The notes under the pieces were generated by a model. The model did not search any database, was not told the origin of the DNA, and saw only the letters and a list, made by a program, of their open reading frames with translations. A program made the position numbers and the translations under genes. From the NCBI GenBank assembly GCA_965204735.1, contig OZ242008.1, positions 1,664,001 through 1,728,000 of the forward strand: a DNA stretch of 64,000 nucleotides, given 5' to 3'. Positions 11,832 to 21,255 of this stretch are shown piece by piece (position 1 is the first letter of the stretch; the number at the start of each line of letters is the position of its first letter). This DNA is from Longimicrobiales bacterium. Lineage in GTDB: Bacteria > Gemmatimonadota > Gemmatimonadetes > Longimicrobiales > Gaopeijiaceae.

Positions 11832-14354
11832 ATGGCACCCGTCCTTCCCGGCCGTACCTTCGCCCCGGAGGTCGCTCGCGCAGCGACCGCTGCTCTCGCC
11901 CTCGGCTTGGCCGTCGGAGCCGGGACCTCCGGCACGTCCCTTGCCGCCCAGCAGTACGGAGGAAGCGTCGCCGTCGCCGGAGAGCACGTGCTCGTCGGCG
12001 AGAGCAGCAACGTCTCCCTCCCCGGCGTCGTGTACGTCTACGGCCCGTCCGGGAACGGGTGGGCGGAAACCGGGCGTCTCTTCGTCTCCACCGCAGGCGA
12101 GCGTCCCGACGGCTTCGGGCGGTCCCTGGACGCCGACGGCGACCTGGTCTTGATCGGCGCCCCCGCCTGGGGGAACGGTCGGGGCGCGGCAATGCTCTTC
12201 CAGGCCGGCCCGGACGGAGAGTGGCGCGAAGTCGCCCGCCTCCTCCCCGCCGCCGGCCCGGGCGCCGAAACGGGCGCGGGCGGAGCAGACGCGGCGCCGA
12301 CCGACCCCAACTTCGGCGCCGCCGTGGCCCTGCGCGGCGGCGTCGCGCTGGTCTCGGCGCCGGGCGAGAGCGACTCGGCGGGCGACGAAAGCGAAGACGG
12401 CGAGAACGGGGCGTCCGGCGCGGTCTACCTCTTCGCGCGGGACGCCGACGGCGGGTGGTCCCAGCGGCACCGCTACGCGCCCACGGACGAGGCCGCGGGA
12501 TCGGGGTTCGGCGCCGCCCTTGCCACCGACGGCGCCGTCGCCGTCGCGACCACCGCCGCCCGGCGCGGGACTCCCGCCGTGGTGCACGTCCTTGCCGTGG
12601 ACGCGGCGGCCGGCCGCCTCGTCCCCCAGGGGAGCCTCGATCCCGCCGCCCAGCTCGCGCCCGCCGACCCCCAGCGGCCCGGCAGCCGCCGCTTCGGCAC
12701 CGCCGTGGCGGTCCGGGACGGGGCCGTGCTGGTGGGCGCTCCGGGGTCGTCCGCGGGGGCCGGCGCGGTCGTCCGCTTCGCCTTCGACGACCAGGCGGGC
12801 GAGTGGGTCCCCAGCGGCGCCCTCCACGCCTTCGACGGCCAGCCTCGGGCGTCGTTCGGCTCCTCAATCGCCTTCCGCGAAGGCGACCTCTGGATCGGCG
12901 CGCCCAACGCGGGCGGCGGGAGGGGCGCCGTCTACCGCTTCTCGCCGGGGCCCGGCCGCGGCGAATGGGCGCAGGTGGTCAAGTCCTCGGCGCCGGACCT
13001 CCCGGACCGCGCATCCTTCGGCAGCTCCCTTGCCTTCGTCGGCCAAGCGGGCGTCGTCGGCGCCGGCGGCGTCGACAGCCGGGCCGGGGGCGTGGTGCTG
13101 GCCCGGCGCGCCTCGAGCGGGGAGTGGGAGTGGGGCGACCTGACGCGCGGCGAGTACCGGGGGCTCCCGGCGATCGTCGGACGGGACGAGGAGGTTCCCT
13201 GCACGGAAAACGCGGCGGCCGGCTTCGAGTGCGACAACGTGAACATCCTGTCCTTCCTCCCCATCAAGGAGATGGCCGGCAGCCGCGGCGCGCGCCTCAA
13301 CGACGTCTGGGGATGGACCGACCCGGAGACGGGCCGCGAGATCGCGATCGTCGGCCGCACCGACGGCACCGCCTTCGTGGACGTGAGCGACCCCTTCAAC
13401 CCCCTCGTGCTGGGCGACTTGCCCAAGACGCCCGGCTCCCGCAGCAGCGTGTGGCGCGACATGAAGGTCTACCGCGACCACGCCTACGTCGTCGCCGACG
13501 GCGCGGGGGAGCACGGCGTGCAGGTGTTCGACCTGACCCGGCTTCGGGACGAAGGCGGACCCGACGCGGTGTTCGAGCCCGACTACACCTACACGGGCAT
13601 CCACAGCGCCCACAACATCGTCGTCAACGAGGAAACCGGCTTCGCCTACGCGGTGGGCAGCAGCGGCGGCGGGGAGACGTGCGGCGGCGGATTCCACATG
13701 CTCGCGCTGGACGATCCTTCCCGCCCGACGTTCGCCGGCTGCTTCGCCCACGCCAACACGGGCCGTCGGGGAACCGGGTACTCCCACGACGCCCAGTGCG
13801 TCGTCTACCACGGACCCGACGAGGAGCACCAGGGCAAGGAGATCTGCCTGGGCTCCAACGAGACTCGGCTGAGCATCGCCGACGTGACCGACAAGGACGC
13901 GCCCGTGGCCCTGGCGTCGATGGAGTACCCCAGCGTCGTCTACGCCCACCAGGGATGGCTCACCGAGGACCACCGGTACTTCTACATGAACGACGAGGGG
14001 GACGAGCCCCAAGGGCTGGTCGAAGGGACCCGAACGCTGGTGTGGGACGTGATGGACCTGGACGAGCCCGAGCTGGTGAAGGAGTACATCGCCGACACGC
14101 CGGACACGGACCACAACCTCTACATCCGCGGCAACCTGATGTACCAGTCGAACTACGGGGCCGGGCTGCGGATCCTGGACATATCCGATCCGGTGGAGCC
14201 GGTGGAGATCGCCTACTTCGACACCACGCCGTGGCAGGGCGGGGCCTCGTGGAGCAACTACCCGTACTTCGAGAGCGGGATCGTCGTGGTGACCAGCACC
14301 GGCGACGGCCTCTTCCTGGTGCGCAACACGGCGCGGCGGAACCTGATACCGTGA
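11832..14354 (+). CDS. Choice-of-anchor B family protein with N-terminal FG-GAP-like repeats
   Basis: GGAGG RBS at 11821 before ATG 11832 and a signal peptide. FG...GAP repeats are followed by NDVWGWTD, WRDMKVY, AHNI, YSHDAQC, YAHQGW, DHN and WSNYPYFESG, typical of choice-of-anchor B / LVIVD proteins. Confidence 0.8.
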   Translation: MAPVLPGRTFAPEVARAATAALALGLAVGAGTSGTSLAAQQYGGSVAVAGEHVLVGESSNVSLPGVVYVYGPSGNGWAETGRLFVSTAGERPDGFGRSLDADGDLVLIGAPAWGNGRGAAMLFQAGPDGEWREVARLLPAAGPGAETGAGGADAAPTDPNFGAAVALRGGVALVSAPGESDSAGDESEDGENGASGAVYLFARDADGGWSQRHRYAPTDEAAGSGFGAALATDGAVAVATTAARRGTPAVVHVLAVDAAAGRLVPQGSLDPAAQLAPADPQRPGSRRFGTAVAVRDGAVLVGAPGSSAGAGAVVRFAFDDQAGEWVPSGALHAFDGQPRASFGSSIAFREGDLWIGAPNAGGGRGAVYRFSPGPGRGEWAQVVKSSAPDLPDRASFGSSLAFVGQAGVVGAGGVDSRAGGVVLARRASSGEWEWGDLTRGEYRGLPAIVGRDEEVPCTENAAAGFECDNVNILSFLPIKEMAGSRGARLNDVWGWTDPETGREIAIVGRTDGTAFVDVSDPFNPLVLGDLPKTPGSRSSVWRDMKVYRDHAYVVADGAGEHGVQVFDLTRLRDEGGPDAVFEPDYTYTGIHSAHNIVVNEETGFAYAVGSSGGGETCGGGFHMLALDDPSRPTFAGCFAHANTGRRGTGYSHDAQCVVYHGPDEEHQGKEICLGSNETRLSIADVTDKDAPVALASMEYPSVVYAHQGWLTEDHRYFYMNDEGDEPQGLVEGTRTLVWDVMDLDEPELVKEYIADTPDTDHNLYIRGNLMYQSNYGAGLRILDISDPVEPVEIAYFDTTPWQGGASWSNYPYFESGIVVVTSTGDGLFLVRNTARRNLIP

Positions 14355-17300
14355 CGGGCGGCGCCCGGGGACGGCGGGCGCGGGCGCGCGGAGGCGGCGG
14401 GCGGTCGAAGCCAGCGTCCCGGCACGCCCTGCGGCGGCGGGCGCGCGGAGGCAGCGGGCCAGGCGGTCCCGCTTCCGCGCGCACTTGGGCGGCGGTACTC
14501 GTGGGCGTCGCGACGGCCGCCTGCGGCCGGCCGGCGAGTGCTGCGCAGACCGAAGTCGCAGCCGCAGCCCGGACCGATGCAACTTCCTCGACCGTGTCCC
14601 TCGACGAAGGCACCAACATCGCCGTCGCCTTGTCGCCCGACGGCGGGACCTTGGCCCTCGACCTGCTGGGGCGCATCTGGACGATGCCGGTCTCCGGCGG
14701 CCCGGCCGTCGCCCTCACCGACCCCTTCGGCGACGCCCGCCAGCCCGCATGGTCTCCCGACGGACGGCGGATCGCCTTCCAGGCCTACTGGGACGGCAAC
14801 TACCACGTGTGGAGCGTGGCCGTCGACGGCTCCGAACTTCGGAAGCACACCCGGGGACCCTTCGACCACCGGGAGCCCCACTGGTCTCCCGACGGACGGC
14901 GGATCGCCTTCAGCTCGGACCGGAGCGGCAGCTACGACGCATGGACGGTTGCGGTGCCGGGCGGCCGGCTCGAGCAGCTGACGGACGGACCGGAGAGCGA
15001 GCATGGACCCGCGTTCTCGCCGGACGGCGGCGCGGTGGCCTTCGCCTCCGACGGTCCGGAGGACGTGGCCGGAGTCTGGGTCGTGGAAGGGGACGGTCGG
15101 CCGCGCCGGGTGGCCGCGGCCCGGGGCGCCCGGATCGCCGCACCGGCGTGGAGCGCGGACGGCGCCGCGATCTCGTACAGCGCAATCGTCGGGGGACGGG
15201 CCATGCTCCGAACGGCGGCCGTGGGGAGCGCCGCCGCTTCGGCGGGCGCCGGGCCGGCGGACGCGGACGGCCTGGTTCTCACCGGCGCCGACGAAGACGT
15301 CTTTCCGTTCCGGGCCTCGTGGACCTCGTCCGGCTTCTTCTACACGGCCGACGGCAAGGTCCGTTGGCGCGCCCTGGACGGCGGCGGCTTCCGGAACGTG
15401 CCCTTCGCGGCCCAGGTGACCCTCCACCGCGCGCCGTACGAACGAAGACCTCGGGAGCTGTCGGCGCCGGGGCCGTTCCCAGTCCGGGGCGTCGTCTCGC
15501 CCGCCGTCTCGCCGGACGGACGCCAAGTTGCGTTCTCGGCCCTGGGCGACCTCTGGCTTCACGCCCTCGGCGGCGGCGCCCGGCGCCTCACCGACGACCC
15601 GTGGATCGAGACGGATCCGGCCTGGTCGCCCGACGGACGCCGCCTCGCCCTGGTCTCGGACCGGGGCGGCGCAATGGACTTGTGGGTCTGGGACGTAACG
15701 GCGGGCGCGTCCGGCGGCGACGCCTTCGAGCAGGTTACCGAAGGCGCAGGGGCCCGGACGCCCGCGTGGTCGCCGGACGGAAACCGAATCGCCTTCGTGG
15801 GGTCGGGCTACCAAACCGGCGTCTACGTGCTGGACTTGGCCGACGGCGCGGTCCGGGAGCTGCGGCGCGGGCTCAACGGGGCTGGACGGCCGTCCTGGTT
15901 CCCCGAGGGCGACGCCGTGGCCGTGTCGGCCCACGTGCCCTACTCGGCCCGCTTCCGGGAGGGCGTCAACCAGGTGCTGGTCCTGCCCGCGCCCCGGGGG
16001 CCGGCGGCCTTCCCGGGCCAAGCCACGGAGCGCTTCCTGGAGTTTCCGCCTCACGCCTCCGTCGGCAGCCGAGGGACCGACGGCCCGGTTCGATCGCCCG
16101 ACGGCGCGTGGACGGCCTACGTCGCCGACGGCGCCCTCTGGGCCGTCGCCACGGAGCGCGACGGGAACCCGGCGGGCCCGCCCCGGCGCCTGACCGCCGG
16201 CTTGGCGGACGATCCCTCCTGGACCGGCGACTCCCGGTCGATCTTCTACCTGACCGGCGATAAGCTCCGCAGGGTCCACCTCCGCGACGGGCGCGAAGAG
16301 GACGTGCCGCTCGGGCTCGAATGGCGGCGTGCCGACCCGCCGGACCGGGTGCTGGTGCGCGCCGGCGCTCTCCTGGACGGCCGCACGTGGTCGCTCCAGC
16401 GGGACGTGGACGTGGTGCTGGAGGGCGGCGCGATAGTGGAAGTGGCGCCTCGGGACCCGTCCCGCACCGCTCCGACGGTGGTGGACGCCGGAGACGGCGT
16501 GGTCGCGCCCGGCTTCATCGAGATGCACGCCCACGTCGGCATCGCCGACGGCGAGGCCCAGGGTCGCGCCTGGCTCTCCTTCGGCGTCACGTCGGTCCGC
16601 TGTCCGGCGTGCGATCCCTACGAGACCGCCGAGGCCAAGGAGGCTGGCGAGTCCGGCAAGCGCGTCGCCCCCCGTTGGTTCGCCACCAGCGGCACGATAG
16701 ACGGCAGCCGCATCTACTACCCTGGCGCTCCGGCGCTGGGCGCGCCCGCCCAGGTCGCGCTGGAGATGGAGCGCGCGGCGGCGCTGGGCTACGACCTGAT
16801 CAAGACCTACGTCCGCCTCTCGGACCCGATGCAGCGGCGGGTGATCGAGGACGCCCACGCGCTCGGCCTGCCCGTCACCTCTCACGAGCTCTACCCGGGC
16901 GTCGCCTTCGGCGCCGACGGCGTGGAGCATGTCCGGGGAACCAGCCGGCGAGGCTACTCGACCAAGGTGTCGGAGCTCCAGCGCGGCTACGGCGACGTGG
17001 TGGCGCTGCTGGCCGCCTCCGGCATGACCCTGACCCCCACGGTCGGCATCTACGGCGCCTACGGCCTCCTGGCGTCGGAGGACCCGTCGCTCTTCGACGA
17101 CCCCAGGGTGGAGGCGTTCTTCCCATGGGCTCGCGAGGCCGCCCGCCCCCCTGCCGACCCCGAGCTGGCCCGGCGGCTGGCCGAGAACATGGCGGCCTTG
17201 CCGCGCCGCGTCGCGGCCGCCGGCGGGCGGATCGTGATGGGCACCGACGCGCCGATCGTCCCGCCGGGCCTGAGCTACCACGCCGAGATGGAGGCGCTGG

Positions 17301-17536
17301 TGCGCTACGGAAGGATGAGCCCGACCGACGTGCTGCGGGCGGCCACTTCCGAGGCCGCGGCGGCCCTGGGGTACGAGGGCCGGCTGGGAGTGGTGGCGCC
17401 GGGCGCCCTTGCGGACCTGGTGATCCTCGACGGCAACCCCCTGGAGGACATCCGCGCGACCCGGCGGGTCCGCTCGGTGATCCAGGGAGGTCGGGTGCAC
17501 GACGCGGAGGACCTCCTGCGTCGGCCCGGCTGGTAG
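14351..17536 (+). CDS. Amidohydrolase with N-terminal TolB-like (PD40) beta-propeller repeats, probable lipoprotein
   Basis: Real part of ORF 12059..17536. GTG start overlaps the upstream stop (GTGA). Lipobox-like TAAC, many P.WSPDG repeats, then PGFIEMHAH, IKTY, GTDAP and ADLVILDGNPLEDI. Confidence 0.85.
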   Translation: MTGGARGRRARARGGGGRSKPASRHALRRRARGGSGPGGPASARTWAAVLVGVATAACGRPASAAQTEVAAAARTDATSSTVSLDEGTNIAVALSPDGGTLALDLLGRIWTMPVSGGPAVALTDPFGDARQPAWSPDGRRIAFQAYWDGNYHVWSVAVDGSELRKHTRGPFDHREPHWSPDGRRIAFSSDRSGSYDAWTVAVPGGRLEQLTDGPESEHGPAFSPDGGAVAFASDGPEDVAGVWVVEGDGRPRRVAAARGARIAAPAWSADGAAISYSAIVGGRAMLRTAAVGSAAASAGAGPADADGLVLTGADEDVFPFRASWTSSGFFYTADGKVRWRALDGGGFRNVPFAAQVTLHRAPYERRPRELSAPGPFPVRGVVSPAVSPDGRQVAFSALGDLWLHALGGGARRLTDDPWIETDPAWSPDGRRLALVSDRGGAMDLWVWDVTAGASGGDAFEQVTEGAGARTPAWSPDGNRIAFVGSGYQTGVYVLDLADGAVRELRRGLNGAGRPSWFPEGDAVAVSAHVPYSARFREGVNQVLVLPAPRGPAAFPGQATERFLEFPPHASVGSRGTDGPVRSPDGAWTAYVADGALWAVATERDGNPAGPPRRLTAGLADDPSWTGDSRSIFYLTGDKLRRVHLRDGREEDVPLGLEWRRADPPDRVLVRAGALLDGRTWSLQRDVDVVLEGGAIVEVAPRDPSRTAPTVVDAGDGVVAPGFIEMHAHVGIADGEAQGRAWLSFGVTSVRCPACDPYETAEAKEAGESGKRVAPRWFATSGTIDGSRIYYPGAPALGAPAQVALEMERAAALGYDLIKTYVRLSDPMQRRVIEDAHALGLPVTSHELYPGVAFGADGVEHVRGTSRRGYSTKVSELQRGYGDVVALLAASGMTLTPTVGIYGAYGLLASEDPSLFDDPRVEAFFPWAREAARPPADPELARRLAENMAALPRRVAAAGGRIVMGTDAPIVPPGLSYHAEMEALVRYGRMSPTDVLRAATSEAAAALGYEGRLGVVAPGALADLVILDGNPLEDIRATRRVRSVIQGGRVHDAEDLLRRPGW

Positions 17537-17598
17537 ACCTGCTGGGGCTCGTCGTGGTTCGGTCCCGTGTCGTTGGGCGCCCGGCGGATCGCACGCCC

Positions 17599-17625
17599 GG
17601 AAACCCTTCGCTCCGAGAATCCGTC
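17599..17625 (+). promoter_or_regulatory. Putative ECF sigma factor promoter
   Basis: GGAAAC (17599-17604), 17-nt spacer, CGTC (17622-17625). Matches the AAC/CGT pattern of ECF promoters and lies upstream of a YvlD-like gene. Confidence 0.4.
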
Positions 17626-17704
17626 TGAAGGGCCAGCGGCCGGCCCCCGGGGGCGACGGCCGCAGAGTGAACCGAACCCAAGCAAATCGAACCCTGGAGA
17701 GATC

Positions 17705-18043
17705 ATGGGATTCGTCATCCACATCCTCGTGAACGCCGCGCTCCTCTTCGTCGCCGGCAAGCTGGTGGACGGCTTCGAGGTCCGCGACGCCAAGGCCGCG
17801 ATGGTCGGGGCGCTGGTCCTGGGCCTGGCCAACTGGCTCCTCCGACCGATCCTCGACCTGGTCACCCTTCCGATCACCTTCCTCACGCTGGGCCTCTTCT
17901 CCGTCGTGGTGAGCGCCGTCGTCCTCATGCTGGTGGCGGCCCTCGTGCGGGGCTTCGAGATCCGCAGCTTCGGCGCGGCCCTGTGGGGCGCGGTGGCGAT
18001 CGGCCTCATGAACTTCGTCCTCAAGCTGGTCACGGGAGGCTGA
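17705..18043 (+). CDS. Phage holin family (YvlD/DUF360-like) 4-TM membrane protein
   Basis: LGLANWLLRPIL..VTLPITFLTLGLFSVVV and FEIRSFGAALWGA motifs. GGAGA RBS before ATG 17705. Confidence 0.85.
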   Translation: MGFVIHILVNAALLFVAGKLVDGFEVRDAKAAMVGALVLGLANWLLRPILDLVTLPITFLTLGLFSVVVSAVVLMLVAALVRGFEIRSFGAALWGAVAIGLMNFVLKLVTGG

Positions 18044-18324
18044 CGCCGAGGCTTCTTCGCTCCGGCGGGCGGCGAGGCCCGAACCCCGGTCTGCCGTCTG
18101 CCGGGCCTGATCCCGTCCGCAAAGGCTCCCCGCGCCCGTCGGGCGCGTCTCCCTCATCCGTCGGGCGCGCCTCCTCGTCCGGCGGCCCGCCTCCGCTTCC
18201 CGGCTTGCAATAGGAGCGCACGCAAGGGATTTTCCCCTTGACCCTTGGGGCGGGCTCCGACCGACCTCGGAGCGGCTCCGAACCAGGTCTCGAGCAGGGG
18301 AGAAGTCTTGACCGAGAGGCGCAG

Positions 18325-18975
18325 ATGACTGTTTCGACCCGCGGCGGTCGATCCCGCCGCCGCTTCGCGGCCTTCGCGGCGCAGGCCGTTCTCGCGTCGT
18401 CCGTCGCGGGATGCGCGTCGGGCGGCGGAGGCCCCCCGGTCTCCGGTGCCGAGGCCGCGACGCTCTTCGCGTCGTACTCGGGGCGGTGGACGCTGGACGA
18501 GGCCAGCAGCACCCCTCAGATCCCCAACCACATGGAAGGCGTGAAGGACGAAGCGCCCGTCGACGACATCACCCGAAACGAGAGCCGCGCCATGCGTCGC
18601 TATCGCCGGATGATGCAGTCCCGCCGGATGTCGGTCGCCGACATGCGCGCCACCGTCGAAGTGCTCCGTCGGCGTCCGGCCACGCTTGTCCTTCGAGCCA
18701 GCGAGGCGGAGCTGTCGTACACCCCCAGCGCCGGGGCGGGCGCCCCCTTGGCCCTCCCCATGGACGGATCGGAGGTGGAGACGCCCGAGGACGAGAGCCG
18801 GGTCAGGTCGAAGCTCCGCTGGGACGGGGGGCTCCTCGTGATCGAGCACCAGGTCGTCGGGGGCGGAAGGGTGCGCGAGACGCTGGAGGTGGTCGGGGAC
18901 CGCTTGATCATGAACCGCGTCCTGTCGTCCCAAGCAGGCGATCAGACCCTGACCCTGGCCTACGACCGGAGCTGA
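18325..18975 (+). CDS. Hypothetical lipoprotein
   Basis: Lipobox VAGC after a basic/hydrophobic signal. YSGRWTLDEASS...LTLAYDR suggests a small lipocalin-like beta fold. Confidence 0.65.
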   Translation: MTVSTRGGRSRRRFAAFAAQAVLASSVAGCASGGGGPPVSGAEAATLFASYSGRWTLDEASSTPQIPNHMEGVKDEAPVDDITRNESRAMRRYRRMMQSRRMSVADMRATVEVLRRRPATLVLRASEAELSYTPSAGAGAPLALPMDGSEVETPEDESRVRSKLRWDGGLLVIEHQVVGGGRVRETLEVVGDRLIMNRVLSSQAGDQTLTLAYDRS

Positions 18976-19068
18976 CGCGGTCCATTCCATGAGGCCGGCT
19001 GCCCGGAATCGACGGATCGTCCGGCGCGGGCGGCGCCCGACCGGCGCGAGCGGCGGCGCCCGACCGGC

Positions 19069-20832
19069 ATGAGCGGCGACGCTTGGCTGACGCTGGCGGT
19101 CGTCGTGGCGGCGGTGGTCGTGCTGGCGCGGGACTGGGTTGCGCCCGCCGTCGCCTTCACGGGAGCGGTGGTGGTGCTGCTGGTGGCAGGGGTCGTGGCG
19201 CCCTCGCAGGCGTTCCAGGGCTTCTCGAACCCGGCGCCGATCACCGTGGCCGCCCTCTACGTGCTGGCCCGAGCCGTGGAGCGCACCGGCGCCCTTCAGC
19301 CGCTGGTCTACGCGACGCTGGGGAAGGGAAGGAGCCTGCGGCTTTCCCTGGCGCGCCTCACGGCGCCCGTGGCGGCGGCGTCGGCGTTCCTCAACAACAC
19401 GCCGATCATCGCCATGCTTTCGCCCCAGGTCGGGGAGTGGGCGGACAAGCGCGGCCACTCGCCCTCCCGCTACCTGATGCCCCTCTCCTTCGCCGCGATC
19501 CTGGGGGGGATGACCACCCTCATCGGCACCTCCACGAACTTGGTGGTGTCGGGTCTCCTGGAGGCCGAGGGACAGGAGCCCTTCGGCATGTTCGAGCTGA
19601 CCGGCATCGCGCTCCCCGTGGCGCTCATCGGCTTGACGCTGACGATCCTGCTGTCGCCCAACCTGCTGCCCGACCGTCGTCCGCCCCGCCGGGAAGTCCG
19701 CCGGGGAGGGCGCGCGTTCTCGGTGAGGATGCGCGTGCTTCCCGGAGGTCCGCTGGACGGCGTGCGGGTGGGCGAGGCGGAGCTGGGGCGGCTGGAGGGG
19801 CTGGTCCTGGCCGGCCACGAACGCGGGGGCGAGACCGTGGCTCACGTCTCTCCGGCCGTGATCCTGAAGGGGAACGACCACCTGACCTTCGTCGGCGGCG
19901 CGGACACGGTGCTCGACCTGCACGGGCTCCCCGGCCTGGAGTCGGCCCAGGAGCCCCACCTGCCCGACGAGTTCGGCAGCCCCCGCCACGCGTTCTTCGA
20001 GGTCGTGGTGGCGCCCGAGTCCCCCTTGGCGGGGCGCACGCTGGTCGAGTCCAACTTCCTGATGCGGTACCAAGCGGCGGTGGTGGCGATCCATCGGGCC
20101 GGCGAACCGATCCGGGGACGGCTGGCCCGGACCCCCCTGCGCCTGGGCGACACCCTGCTCCTGATCTCGGACGAGGACTTCGGCGAACGCTGGCGGGACC
20201 GCAACGACTTCCTGCTGGTGGCCCGCCTGGGCGACTCGACGCCGCCCATGTCCCGAAAGGCCGGGGTCGTGCTGGGGGTGGCGGCGGCGATCGTCCTGGG
20301 GGCGGGCTTGGGCGTCCTGCCGATCCTGCACCTCTCGCTGATCGGGGCGCTGGTGCTGGTCGGCCTGGGCATCCTGACGCCCGGCGAGGCGAAGGACTCC
20401 ATCGACTTCGACGTGATCGTGGTGATCGGAGCTGCCTTCGGGCTGGCGGCGGCAGTCGAGAGCTCGGGACTGGGACACGCCGCGGCCGACCTGGTGGCGA
20501 CCGCGTTCGGGCGCTTCGGGGCGGCGGGCACGCTGGCGGGGATCGTGGTGGCGACGGTGGGCCTGAGCTCGTTGATCACCAACAACGCCGCGGCAGCCCT
20601 GGTGCTGCCGATCGCCCTCTCCAACGCGGCGGAGTTCGGGATCGACCCCCGTTCGGCGGCGGTGGCGGTAGCCCTGGCGGCGTCCGCCTCGTTCATGACC
20701 CCGGTGAGCTACCAGACGAACCTGATGGTGTACGGTCCCGGCGGCTACCGCTTCGGCGACTACGTGCGCTTGGGCACTCCGCTGACGGCGGTGGTGCTCG
20801 TAGTGCTGCTGTGGGCGACGGTGTTCGCGTGA
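19069..20832 (+). CDS. SLC13/DASS family permease with TrkA-C domains
   Basis: SAFLNNTP, GGMTTLIGTSTNL, ITNNAAA and TPVSYQTNLMVYGPGGYRFGDY motifs, with a central TrkA-C region. Confidence 0.9.
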   Translation: MSGDAWLTLAVVVAAVVVLARDWVAPAVAFTGAVVVLLVAGVVAPSQAFQGFSNPAPITVAALYVLARAVERTGALQPLVYATLGKGRSLRLSLARLTAPVAAASAFLNNTPIIAMLSPQVGEWADKRGHSPSRYLMPLSFAAILGGMTTLIGTSTNLVVSGLLEAEGQEPFGMFELTGIALPVALIGLTLTILLSPNLLPDRRPPRREVRRGGRAFSVRMRVLPGGPLDGVRVGEAELGRLEGLVLAGHERGGETVAHVSPAVILKGNDHLTFVGGADTVLDLHGLPGLESAQEPHLPDEFGSPRHAFFEVVVAPESPLAGRTLVESNFLMRYQAAVVAIHRAGEPIRGRLARTPLRLGDTLLLISDEDFGERWRDRNDFLLVARLGDSTPPMSRKAGVVLGVAAAIVLGAGLGVLPILHLSLIGALVLVGLGILTPGEAKDSIDFDVIVVIGAAFGLAAAVESSGLGHAAADLVATAFGRFGAAGTLAGIVVATVGLSSLITNNAAAALVLPIALSNAAEFGIDPRSAAVAVALAASASFMTPVSYQTNLMVYGPGGYRFGDYVRLGTPLTAVVLVVLLWATVFA

Positions 20833-20891
20833 GGGGGTCGCGGCGGTGACGTTGGGTTGAAGTAGTCGACGATCACGGGCAGGGCACCGAC

Positions 20892-21209
20892 ATGGCCACA
20901 GAGATCTACGAATACCGACCGGACTACGCCGTCTCCCCGGGATCGGTACTGGCGGAGAGGCTAGAGGCGTACGGGCTTTCCCAGGAGGAACTCGCGCGCC
21001 GGTGCGGGCGGTCTCCGAAGCTGATCAGCGACATCATCGCTGGAAAGGCTCCGGTCGAACCGAGAACTGCATTGCAGCTGGAGAGGGTGCTCGATGTGAA
21101 GGCCCACGTTTGGCTCGGCATGGAATCCGACTACCGCCTCCGTCAGGCCCGCATTGCAGAAGACGAGCAGACCAAGGCAACCCGAACTGGCGAACCGTGC
21201 CGGCCATGA
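20892..21209 (+). CDS. HigA-family XRE HTH antitoxin-like protein (orphan, possibly truncated)
   Basis: PDYAVSPG..L.E.LE...LSQ.ELARR...ISDIIAGKAP...TALQLERVL...WLGME..Y is the HigA pattern. No intact toxin gene is adjacent. Confidence 0.8.
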   Translation: MATEIYEYRPDYAVSPGSVLAERLEAYGLSQEELARRCGRSPKLISDIIAGKAPVEPRTALQLERVLDVKAHVWLGMESDYRLRQARIAEDEQTKATRTGEPCRP

Positions 21210-21255
21210 CTCCCCTGCTGGGAGCCGAGGGTCTTGCCGGCAGTCGGGGCGGAGG

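Noticed and set aside
17705..18043. Prophage suggested by the 'phage holin' family gene
   Set aside because: No phage structural, lysis or integrase genes nearby, and this family is common on chromosomes.
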